The translations under genes were made by a program, and so were the position numbers. Below are positions 1 to 8,387 of a stretch of DNA of 32,000 nucleotides, in pieces. A model generated the notes under the pieces. It had not been told where the DNA came from, did no database searches, and was given only the letters and a program-made list of their open reading frames with translations. Position 1 is the stretch's first letter; each line of letters begins with the position of its first letter. The DNA comes from Acaryochloris marina S15 (GTDB taxonomy: Bacteria > Cyanobacteriota > Cyanobacteriia > Thermosynechococcales > Thermosynechococcaceae), in the NCBI RefSeq assembly GCF_018336915.1, contig NZ_CP064923.1:3030001-3062000 (forward strand), in the 5' to 3' direction.

Positions 1-870
1 CGATTAGGACAAACTTTCAATCTGCATCCATTGGTTTTAGAGGATGTGGTGAACGTACCTCAGCGCCAAAAAGTTGAAGATTTTGAAGATCAGCTCTTGA
101 TCATTGCCCGTATGGTTCTTCCTCACCCAGATGGCGTCGGGTTTGTGAGTGAGCAAGTCAGCTTCATCTTGCACCAACAAGCATTGCTGACCATTCAAGA
201 AGAGCCCTACCACGATGCTTTTGAGCCAGTCCGCAAGCGGATTCGATTGAAGAAGGGATTAATGCGAAAAATGGGAGCTGACTTTCTGACCTATGCCCTA
301 TTAGACGCCATTATTGATGGTTTCTTTCCGGTGTTAGAACTCTACGGAGAACGCTTAGAAACCTTAGAAGATGAAATACTAGAAAATCCCACCCGAGAGA
401 TCCTGAACCAAGTTCACTCCCTTAAACGCGAGCTGATGACGCTGCGACGGCTGAGTTGGTCCCAACGGGATGCGTTATCTGCCCTTTTGCGGGAAGATAG
501 CCCCCTGATCAGCCAAGAGGTGAAAGTGTATCTACGGGACTGTTACGACCATTCCATCCAGATCTTAGACATGGTTGAAACCTATCGAGATTTTGCTGCC
601 AGTCTAATGGATGTTTATTTATCCTCTGTTAGCAATAAAATGAACGAAGTGATGAAAGTCCTAACGGTCATCTCAACTATTTTTATTCCCTTGACCTTTA
701 TCTCGGGGTTATATGGCATGAACTTTAACCCTCAAGTCTCCCCTTTTAACATGCCGGAGTTGAGCTGGTACTGGGGGTATCCTGCGGTAATAGCTACCAT
801 GTTGTTAATTTCGGGCAGTCTGAGCTATTTATTCTGGCGTCGAGGGTGGTTCAACAAAGTATCACCTTGA
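1..870 (+). CDS. corA: Magnesium/cobalt transporter CorA, 5'-truncated by the window edge
   Basis: Frame 1 is open from base 1 (RLGQTFNLHPLVLEDV...), so the true start lies upstream of the window. The C-terminus has two TM helices and the YGMNF (GMN) signature in LYGMNFNP. Confidence 0.9.
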   Translation, partial: RLGQTFNLHPLVLEDVVNVPQRQKVEDFEDQLLIIARMVLPHPDGVGFVSEQVSFILHQQALLTIQEEPYHDAFEPVRKRIRLKKGLMRKMGADFLTYALLDAIIDGFFPVLELYGERLETLEDEILENPTREILNQVHSLKRELMTLRRLSWSQRDALSALLREDSPLISQEVKVYLRDCYDHSIQILDMVETYRDFAASLMDVYLSSVSNKMNEVMKVLTVISTIFIPLTFISGLYGMNFNPQVSPFNMPELSWYWGYPAVIATMLLISGSLSYLFWRRGWFNKVSP

Positions 871-972
871 GTGCTTCACAATATTTCAGAATGCTAAAAC
901 TGATGCTAAATTGCAACTTTTATTGATGGCGAGGCTACATCTTAAGATAGAAGCGATATTTACTAAATTCAG

Positions 973-1818
973 ATGCCTATCTTAGTTGTTCTCGCGTTAC
1001 TCATCGCCCTGATTGCCATCCTATTTGCGTTGCAAAACGCTTATTCGATTCCTGTGAGTTTTCTGATTTGGCAATTTTACGGCTCTTTAGCTCTAATTCT
1101 CTTACTAACGCTGGCATTAGGGGTTATCGTTGGCTTATTGGTCACTGCTCCCACTATTATTAAACGGGGATGGGTTTCTTCTCGCCAAAAGCGACAACTG
1201 AGTCAGCTGGAAGAAGACTACCAGGGGCAAGCTCAAGATGCATCTAGCCAGAAGAAGAAGCTTGATTTGATGCATTCGGCACAGATGCAGTTATTTTCGG
1301 CCCTCGGATTAACGGAACCTAAAACAGGGTTATTAGAATATCAGCTACTGGATCAAGTTCTCACTCATGCCTTGAGTAACTTGGGGGATAATCCTGATTC
1401 GGCTTGGCATCGCTCTATCTGTTTATTCGTGATGGATATTGAAGATGCCCCTAGTTCTGATGACGTCAATTCAAGAGCCGTTTGGCCTATCATTACCGAT
1501 CGAATACAGCGTCAGCTTTCTCCTCGTAGCTGGCTACATTTTGATGGCAACCATCGTTTATATTGCATCACTCTGGGAATGGCCATTGAAGCAGCAGCCG
1601 ACTATGGTGAGTTTCTATCCACAACTTTAGATGAACCCTTACAGCTAGTGGATGCTTCAGAAGTCTCTGTGAGTTTAAAGATTGGAGGTGCGATCGCACG
1701 CAATAACACCACCGTTACCAGTCAACAACTCATTTCCCAAGCCGAGCAAATGCTAGAGAAATCAAGCCTTTGGGGACGGAGTCGCTTTCGGATGGTGGAG
1801 GCAGGTGTCTCCTCTTAA
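973..1818 (+). CDS. Membrane-anchored protein with LapA/DUF1049-like N-terminal helices and a degenerate GGDEF-like C-terminal domain
   Basis: Two N-terminal hydrophobic helices (LVVLALLIALIAILFALQN..., LALILLLTLALGVIVGLLV) are followed by a charged linker. A GGDEF-fold-like pattern follows (EPKTGLLEYQLL, ICLFVMDIED, VSVSLKIGGAI, QAEQMLEKSSLWGRSRF). The GG[DE]EF position reads DGNHR. Confidence 0.5.
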   Translation: MPILVVLALLIALIAILFALQNAYSIPVSFLIWQFYGSLALILLLTLALGVIVGLLVTAPTIIKRGWVSSRQKRQLSQLEEDYQGQAQDASSQKKKLDLMHSAQMQLFSALGLTEPKTGLLEYQLLDQVLTHALSNLGDNPDSAWHRSICLFVMDIEDAPSSDDVNSRAVWPIITDRIQRQLSPRSWLHFDGNHRLYCITLGMAIEAAADYGEFLSTTLDEPLQLVDASEVSVSLKIGGAIARNNTTVTSQQLISQAEQMLEKSSLWGRSRFRMVEAGVSS

Positions 1819-2132
1819 GTCGATTGCTTCCTAGGAAGCTATAAATTTACAACTTCTTACCTACTGCCGGAATACCGTCGTCAACCCCCTCAACCGCCAA
1901 TGGCAAGAAATGTTTCAGATGCGGGGGACTCCTGTTTTATTTCTTAGAATAGGGATATAAATCTTTCCCCCAACATTTTCTACGTTATAAGGTTCTTAGG
2001 TTTCAAGCTGCTTGCTTGGACTAAGTTTCTATAGATATTTATTCTGATCGTTTTAATTAAACGAAGACCATTCGTTGTTCACAACTAGGGGCAGTTTTCC
2101 TGTACCTAAAGTTTAAGAAATTAGGTTTAATC

Positions 2133-2648
2133 ATGCTTATCTCTCCTCATCGTTCCTGGCTTTTTCCTACTCTATTAATTGCCGTCCTTCTATCAGTAGG
2201 CAATAGCCAAGAGAGTTATGCTAAACCTTATACTCAGCAATCGTCATTAGAACATATTGCTCTTTCCAGGGAAGATCGATCACAAATTTTGTTCTCCACA
2301 GGCATTCAAAAAGCCTTAAATGGAGATTATGTCCATGCTATTCAAGACTATGACCAAGCCCTTCAGCTAGCCCCTAGTAATTCAGAGGTCTATTACAACC
2401 GAGGCGTTGCTTATTTTTCAATTAATCGGCCCCAAAATGCACTGCAAGATTTTAGCCAAGCCATTGCTCTACAACCCAATATGGCTGAAGCTTATGGCAA
2501 TCGAGGCTTAATTCGCCAAACCTTGGGAGATCGCCAAGGAGCCATCTCTGATTACCAGCAGGCTAAACAATTATTTCAACAAAAAGGAAATCGGCCAGCC
2601 GCTGAGCAAATGGAGCATTGGATCGATCAGCAAGGGACACCTCAATAG
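2133..2648 (+). CDS. Exported TPR-repeat protein
   Basis: The N-terminus looks like a signal peptide (LFPTLLIAVLLSVGNSQESYA). At least three consecutive 34-aa TPR units are visible (AIQDYDQALQLAPSNSEVYYNRGVAY, ALQDFSQAIALQPNMAEAYGNRGL, AISDYQQAKQLF). Confidence 0.75.
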   Translation: MLISPHRSWLFPTLLIAVLLSVGNSQESYAKPYTQQSSLEHIALSREDRSQILFSTGIQKALNGDYVHAIQDYDQALQLAPSNSEVYYNRGVAYFSINRPQNALQDFSQAIALQPNMAEAYGNRGLIRQTLGDRQGAISDYQQAKQLFQQKGNRPAAEQMEHWIDQQGTPQ

Positions 2649-2737
2649 TTGGGTTGAGGTCGGGGCGATATTGGCACCAGACCGCACCAGACTACAGTGG
2701 TCTATCCTAGATTTACCCAATAGCCCTGTCATCACCC

Positions 2738-3610
2738 ATGGCCTTTAAGTTACCTAAACGACAGACATCGGGTTCTGTCGTCTGTTTTTCCTGTCAGAAA
2801 TTAGTATCAATTGAACAAAAGGAATGTCTCCAATGTGGTCAAGCTAATCCCAGCTTATGGGGATTTGCACGTCCAATTAGCAGATTAGGGGCCAATTTTG
2901 GTTTCATCAAAATTGTGATCATCGGGTGTACTTTGCTCTATCTGATCACACTATTGTTTGATCTTCCTGGTGTTCAGTCAGCAGGGGTTATGAACCTTTT
3001 AATGCCGAGTTCCTATAGCTTGCTGATTTTTGGCTCTACAGGTTCCGTTCCCATATTTGAGTGGGGCCGATGGTGGACAGTACTCAGTTCGGGTTGGCTC
3101 CATGGGGGGCTGTGGCATTTAGGGTTCAATATGGCCTGGTTAAACTATCTTTCACCCATGGTGGCAAAGGGGTATGGGGCAGGTCGGTTAGTCAGTATCT
3201 ATACATTCACAACCATTACCAGTTCAGTGTTAACCAGTTTTGTGGCTCAATATTGGACTTCTTTGCCTGCATCGTTTAGTGGGTCTAACTTCAGTGTAGG
3301 AGCTTCTGGCGGCGTTTTTGGTCTCCTGGGAGCACTGGTGATTTATGGTCAACGGGCGAATCAACGACAGGTTTTACAACAAGCCCTGACGCTGACTATT
3401 GTTTCGTTTGTACTGTCAGCTTTTGTTGGTAGGGTAGACAATTGGGGACACCTGGGTGGGTTTATGGGTGGGTATCTAATCGGACTTATGCCTGGGTTTA
3501 ACCCTAATCAACCTCAACGTCTCTATCATCTGGGGATTGCAGCTGGGGCATTGGCGGTGACCTTTGTCAGCATTATTCTGTCCCCCATCCATGCACTGCT
3601 CATTGGATAA
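2738..3610 (+). CDS. Rhomboid-family intramembrane serine protease with N-terminal zinc ribbon
   Basis: N-terminal CxxC-x10-CxxC (CFSCQK...CLQCGQ). Rhomboid signatures WLHGGLWHLGFNM, catalytic GASGGVFG and GHLGGF are present in a multi-TM core. Confidence 0.85.
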   Translation: MAFKLPKRQTSGSVVCFSCQKLVSIEQKECLQCGQANPSLWGFARPISRLGANFGFIKIVIIGCTLLYLITLLFDLPGVQSAGVMNLLMPSSYSLLIFGSTGSVPIFEWGRWWTVLSSGWLHGGLWHLGFNMAWLNYLSPMVAKGYGAGRLVSIYTFTTITSSVLTSFVAQYWTSLPASFSGSNFSVGASGGVFGLLGALVIYGQRANQRQVLQQALTLTIVSFVLSAFVGRVDNWGHLGGFMGGYLIGLMPGFNPNQPQRLYHLGIAAGALAVTFVSIILSPIHALLIG

Positions 3611-4063
3611 ACCGATTTCGCTGGCAGAGCATGACTTCATAGGTCTTGCATTATGCAAATATTTTGGTGATTAGGGCTTTGCTTTACAAAATATGAGGTA
3701 GAGAATTTTGAACCCACATCAGTCTAAATCCACCTTGTATGGGTCAGTAAAATGCATGATATTTCGCCGGGTTATCAAAGGAATTCATAGGGCACTAGAT
3801 AACGATCAAAATCCATAAAACTCTTCCTTGAAATTAAGAGAAGATATAAACTTTTGGTATTTATAGGAATAATAAATCTAGAAGATCTGGCCTTAGAAAC
3901 ACTGAGACTTCCAATGCATGCAAGATCTTTTAATACACCTATTAATCTTTTACTGATTACACCTACTTATTCTCGACTATTAATCAAAGCTGTATATTTC
4001 ACACGGGATCATTTTCTCAGGGCATGATGGGGGTTGTGTGTTGTACTGAGTTTGCGATCGCAT

Positions 4064-5602
4064 ATGACCCTGACCGCATTTAACTGGCCTCAACTTCAAA
4101 ATGGTTCAGATATTCGAGGCGTTGCTTTAGAAGGCGTTGAAGGGGAAGCCGTGAACCTGACCCCAGAGATCGCCCAGATCTTAGGCATGGCTTTCGTACA
4201 TTGGCTCTCCCAAACCCTGAACAAATCTGCTAGTGAGCTAACCGTTGGCGTCGGTCGAGACAGCCGCATTTCTGGCCCCACGTTGATGGACGCTGTTCTG
4301 GCTGGCATTACCCAGATGGGGAGTAATGGCTACAACTTTGGATTGGCCTCCACCCCAGCCATGTTCAAAAGCACGGTTACCGATGGGTTTAACTGTGACG
4401 GTGCAATTATGCTGACCGCTAGCCACCTTCCCTTTAATCGCAATGGCCTCAAATTTTTTACAGCTCAAGGAGGCCTAGGCAAAACCGATATCACCCAAAT
4501 CCTCAGTCTCGCTGCTGAGCAGGCGTTTGAAGTGGCGGCTGATCCGGGCCAAGTCTCCGAGCACAACTTTATTGGGGTGTATGCCGCAGAACTGGTGAGT
4601 CAAATTCGCGCGGCTGTTAATCATCCAGACCATTTTGAACAACCCTTGCAAGGACTCCATATTGTCGTCGATGCCGGTAATGGCGCTGGAGGGTTTTACG
4701 CTGATCAGGTCTTAAAGCCCCTAGGAGCAGATATCATGGGCAGCCAATTTCTAGACCCAGATGGCACGTTTCCCAACCATATTCCTAATCCTGAAAATAA
4801 AGAAGCAATGGCAGCCATTTGCCAAGCCGTAACCCAGCAACAGGCAGACTTCGGTATTATTTTCGATACGGATGTGGATCGCGCTGCTGCCGTCGATCAT
4901 CTTGGGCAGGATCTGAATCGCAATCGGCTGATCGCCTTAATCTCTGCGGTGGTTTTGCGGGAGCATCCAGGTTCCACCATTGTCACGGACTCCATCACTT
5001 CAGATGGGCTCACTCAATTTATTGGGGATGAGTTAGGCGGTGTGCATCATCGGTTTAAGCGCGGCTACAAGAATGTGATTAATGAGTCTGTTCGTTTAAA
5101 CCAGTCAGGGCAAGAATCTTGGTTAGCCATTGAGACCTCCGGTCATGGGGCGATGAAGGAAAACTATTTTCTAGATGATGGGGCTTATCTGATCAGCAAG
5201 CTATTGGTCGAACTGGCGAAGTCCAAGATGGCAGGCCAAAATATCACTGATTTGATCGCCAATCTGACAGAACCTCAGGAAAGTGAAGAATATCGTATCA
5301 AGATCCAGGCGGATGATTTCAAAGCCCATGGGAACTCGGTTATTTCCAAGTTAGAAAACTTTGCGGCTCAGCAATCAGACTGGCAAATCGTTCCCAATAA
5401 TTACGAAGGTATTCGGATCGCCTGCAGCTCCCCCTCAGAGCAAGGCTGGTTATTACTGCGATTGTCCCTCCACGATCCCGTTTTACCCCTAAATATTGAG
5501 TCTAATGTAGGAGGTGGTGTGGCCAGTATTGCAACAAAGCTCGCCTCTTTTTTCCAAGGTATTGATGGATTGAACTTGCCTTCAGCGCTTAGGAGTTCCT
5601 AG
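4064..5602 (+). CDS. Phosphomannomutase/phosphoglucomutase (alpha-D-phosphohexomutase superfamily)
   Basis: Active-site loop TASHLPFNRNG, metal-binding FDTDVDRAA and sugar-binding ETSGHG. I prefer the ATG at 4064 (MTLTAFNW...) over the alternative start at 4034. Confidence 0.85.
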   Translation: MTLTAFNWPQLQNGSDIRGVALEGVEGEAVNLTPEIAQILGMAFVHWLSQTLNKSASELTVGVGRDSRISGPTLMDAVLAGITQMGSNGYNFGLASTPAMFKSTVTDGFNCDGAIMLTASHLPFNRNGLKFFTAQGGLGKTDITQILSLAAEQAFEVAADPGQVSEHNFIGVYAAELVSQIRAAVNHPDHFEQPLQGLHIVVDAGNGAGGFYADQVLKPLGADIMGSQFLDPDGTFPNHIPNPENKEAMAAICQAVTQQQADFGIIFDTDVDRAAAVDHLGQDLNRNRLIALISAVVLREHPGSTIVTDSITSDGLTQFIGDELGGVHHRFKRGYKNVINESVRLNQSGQESWLAIETSGHGAMKENYFLDDGAYLISKLLVELAKSKMAGQNITDLIANLTEPQESEEYRIKIQADDFKAHGNSVISKLENFAAQQSDWQIVPNNYEGIRIACSSPSEQGWLLLRLSLHDPVLPLNIESNVGGGVASIATKLASFFQGIDGLNLPSALRSS

Positions 5603-5617
5603 CAATATGAAGGCCCA

Positions 5618-6514
5618 TTAGACCTGGGCGGAAGAAGAGCATTGTTTAGTCTGCACTGCTTCTGTTTTCAAGACGGTAATGGGTGCAGGTAGGCTACCTT
5701 CTTTCAACTGGAAGGCCAAGTTTTTCACCATTTCCAAATCAAAGTTGCCAGTAATGACCGCCGCTCCCCCAGCAATCCCTGTTTTAGCAAACCGAGAGGA
5801 AACAATTGCCTCACTTAATAGTTGATCGTCCAGAAAAATGCCGATGGGTCGTTGGGTCCCAGCCACTTTTTTGGTGATTTGCTGAAACTGCTCAGCGCCT
5901 TGGGCGTCAAAACGGAGAGCGACATCCCAACGATTCCCCACAGAAGCAACCTGGTACGATGCATCAATCACATTTTTATCGGTCAAAACGGGCGGGCCAT
6001 ATAGTTTTTTGTAGATCTGGGCTAGCTGCTTTTCAAGCTGACGGGGATCGGATTCCTTTGCTTTCAATTTAGGCTGGAGCGCTATCTTTTGAAGTAACAG
6101 GGATTCGGTTTGAGGAGTCGTTGGATTTTGTAGACGAAACGTTAAATGCGATCGCTGAGTGATTTGCTCCACAGCTTGGCGCTGATCTAACTGACCCGGC
6201 AGCTGAACCAAAAATTGATTGGGGGGCAGGGGGACCAAACCAACTACTATCTGTCCAAGATTCAGCAATCGCTCCCTTAAAACAGTTTGAACTTGGTCAA
6301 ACGCTTGCTCACGAGATATCTTGTCTTGGTAGACTTGCCCCATTTGCAGCGTCAGTTCAGTGCCTTGAAAGGGACATAGTTTTGCAGAAGAAACGGTTGA
6401 GGGGATAGAGATGGGAAATTGAGACAAAAAATCAACGTCAGCACAATGAGTTGTTGTCGCTAAGGTGATCAATGCTGATGCGATTCCAGACTGCAAGCTA
6501 TAGGGCATAAGCAC
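5618..6514 (-). CDS. SecD periplasmic (P1 head)-domain-like protein lacking the SecD/SecF transmembrane bundle
   Basis: FLVQLPGQLDQRQAVEQITQRSHLTFRL matches the SecD I-V-x-LPG...A-x-L-x-FR pattern. PIGIFLDDQLLSEAIVSSRFAKTGIAGGAAVITGNFDLEMVKNLAFQLKEGSLPAPI matches the SecD P1 head pattern (LDg-V-SaP-I...GG-a-I-G-F...A-LA-L-aGaLPapl). The ORF ends right after this and only 15 bp from the convergent neighbour. Confidence 0.5.
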   Translation of the reverse strand: MLMPYSLQSGIASALITLATTTHCADVDFLSQFPISIPSTVSSAKLCPFQGTELTLQMGQVYQDKISREQAFDQVQTVLRERLLNLGQIVVGLVPLPPNQFLVQLPGQLDQRQAVEQITQRSHLTFRLQNPTTPQTESLLLQKIALQPKLKAKESDPRQLEKQLAQIYKKLYGPPVLTDKNVIDASYQVASVGNRWDVALRFDAQGAEQFQQITKKVAGTQRPIGIFLDDQLLSEAIVSSRFAKTGIAGGAAVITGNFDLEMVKNLAFQLKEGSLPAPITVLKTEAVQTKQCSSSAQV

Positions 6515-6627
6515 TCCAATCTCGATTTATCTCTCCATGCTAATTCACCCTATACCCATTCACCAGATACACTCTGGGATAGGGGTTGTTGCCTCCATTC
6601 ACATCTAATCTCATTTCAGAGACATCT

Positions 6628-7803
6628 ATGTTCTATCGACTGCTGCAACTGTTAATTGGGATCGGGCTATTTTTAAGTCTTTGGATTGTAGTTCCTGCCC
6701 CCACTTTTTCGTTGCTTCCCTTGGGCGTTGGAGCACCTGAAATTAGTCCAGGGTTGATGGTATTGAATGGGATCACAATTTTGCTCACCTTCTTTTACCG
6801 CACCCATAAGACTGCCTTTCGAATCATGATGGTGAGTGGTCTATTGGGTCTAGTCTTAAGTAGCTTGCCACTGATTCAACTACCCAGAGCGATTCAGCAA
6901 GCCAATGGGGCAATGCAAACCAACCTGGGCAAAGATTATTTAGCCAAATTATCTCCAGCCCAGCAAGCCCAACTACGCCCCCATCCCTTTAGCATTCTTG
7001 ACTTCGTTCGCCAAATCCCCCTAGGAAAAATCCGCCAAGATCTAGGTATTCCCTTCGCTCAACCCGATGGACAGACCTTAAAGCTCAATCTCTATCGCCC
7101 GCCCCAGCCAGGAACCTATCCAGCCGTTGTCATGATTTATGGGGGGGCCTGGCGGACCGGGAGCCCTGACAGTAACGCCGCATTTAGTCAGTATCTCGCA
7201 GCTCGGGGGTACGTCGTTTGGGCCATTTCCTATCGGCATACCCCCCGCTACCAATTTCCGACTCAATTAGAAGATGTGCGATCCGCCCTCACCTTTATCA
7301 AAGATCATGCATCCGAATATGAAACTGATTCCAACCGAGTCGCATTACTGGGGCGTTCAGCGGGTGGGCATCTGGCGACGCTAGCAGCCTATGGAGAAAC
7401 CGATCTACCCGTCCAGGCCGTTGTGAGTTACTACAGTCCAGTCAACCTGGCTAAGGGCTATTATGATCCGCCTGTTCCTGACCCTATTGATATCAAATCA
7501 GTCCTAAAAGCATTTATTGGCGGTGATCCGAAACAATTTCCCGAGAAATACCGACAAGCCTCACCCATTAATGCCGTTAAACCCAATCTTCCCCCCACTT
7601 TGTTGGTCTACGGGGCTCAGGATCATTTAGTGAAAGTAAAATTCGGTCGCAATATGCTGAGAAAATTGCACTCTGAGGGCAATACCGCTGTCATGATTGA
7701 AATCCCCTGGGCAGAACATGCCTTTGACGCCATTTTTAGCGGGGTCAGTAACCAAATTGCTCTTTACTATACAGAACGATTCTTAGCCTGGTCCTTACTC
7801 TAA
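6628..7803 (+). CDS. Membrane-anchored alpha/beta hydrolase (esterase/lipase-like)
   Basis: The N-terminus has hydrophobic helices. Oxyanion-type VVMIYGGAW, nucleophile elbow GRSAGGHLA, and later DHLV and EHAF as candidate Asp and His. ATG 6628 is preferred over the alternative start at 6586. Confidence 0.8.
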   Translation: MFYRLLQLLIGIGLFLSLWIVVPAPTFSLLPLGVGAPEISPGLMVLNGITILLTFFYRTHKTAFRIMMVSGLLGLVLSSLPLIQLPRAIQQANGAMQTNLGKDYLAKLSPAQQAQLRPHPFSILDFVRQIPLGKIRQDLGIPFAQPDGQTLKLNLYRPPQPGTYPAVVMIYGGAWRTGSPDSNAAFSQYLAARGYVVWAISYRHTPRYQFPTQLEDVRSALTFIKDHASEYETDSNRVALLGRSAGGHLATLAAYGETDLPVQAVVSYYSPVNLAKGYYDPPVPDPIDIKSVLKAFIGGDPKQFPEKYRQASPINAVKPNLPPTLLVYGAQDHLVKVKFGRNMLRKLHSEGNTAVMIEIPWAEHAFDAIFSGVSNQIALYYTERFLAWSLL

Positions 7804-7917
7804 AGCCCCCTAGATAAGAATGCTTCTCAAAAAGAGTATTTATTTTGCAAGGTAGGCTTATTTACTACGTTTGTGCCTAAGATGAAGGTTGGATTGCATA
7901 CAACGGTAGGTAGCCTC

Positions 7918-8385
7918 ATGTCTTCAGAAGCAAAAGCAGTCAAGAAACTAATCGAACAACAAAGCTTTGGTGTCCTTTCAACAACATCAGTGGCTGTGGA
8001 AGGCTTTCCCTTTGGATCGGTCACGCCCTATAGCTTGATGGAAACCTATCATCCCCTGATTTTTATCAGCAATTTAGCTCAACACACCAAAAACATCATC
8101 AACGACAATCGAGTCTCTTTAACTATCTTAGAAAATTTGCAAGATGGGGCCGAAGATCCACAGAAGCATGGACGAGCCAGTATCCTAGGGCGAGCAACGC
8201 CACTGGAAACGACGGGTGCTGAAAATGAAGCCAAGTACCAACAATATTTCCAGCGGTTTCCTGAAGCTGAAGGATATCAGAACACCCATGGCTTTCAGCT
8301 TTATGAGATTACGCCTGTGCGGATTCGCTTTATTGGTGGGTTTGGCAAGATTTTTTGGCTAGAGCCCGAGCAGTTTGCCGAATAA
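7918..8385 (+). CDS. Pyridoxamine-5'-phosphate-oxidase-like FMN-binding split-barrel protein (HugZ/COG0748-like)
   Basis: SFGVLSTTSVAVEGFPFGSVTPY, NRVSLTI, GRASILGRATPL and IRFIGGFGKIFWL are typical of the PNPOx-like split-barrel family. ATG 7918 is preferred. Confidence 0.55.
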   Translation: MSSEAKAVKKLIEQQSFGVLSTTSVAVEGFPFGSVTPYSLMETYHPLIFISNLAQHTKNIINDNRVSLTILENLQDGAEDPQKHGRASILGRATPLETTGAENEAKYQQYFQRFPEAEGYQNTHGFQLYEITPVRIRFIGGFGKIFWLEPEQFAE

Positions 8386-8387
8386 CT

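Noticed and set aside
1826-1839. Palindrome GCTTCCTAGGAAGC after the 973..1818 gene as a possible terminator
   Set aside because: The hairpin would have essentially no loop and only a weak T-run, which is not convincing as an intrinsic terminator.
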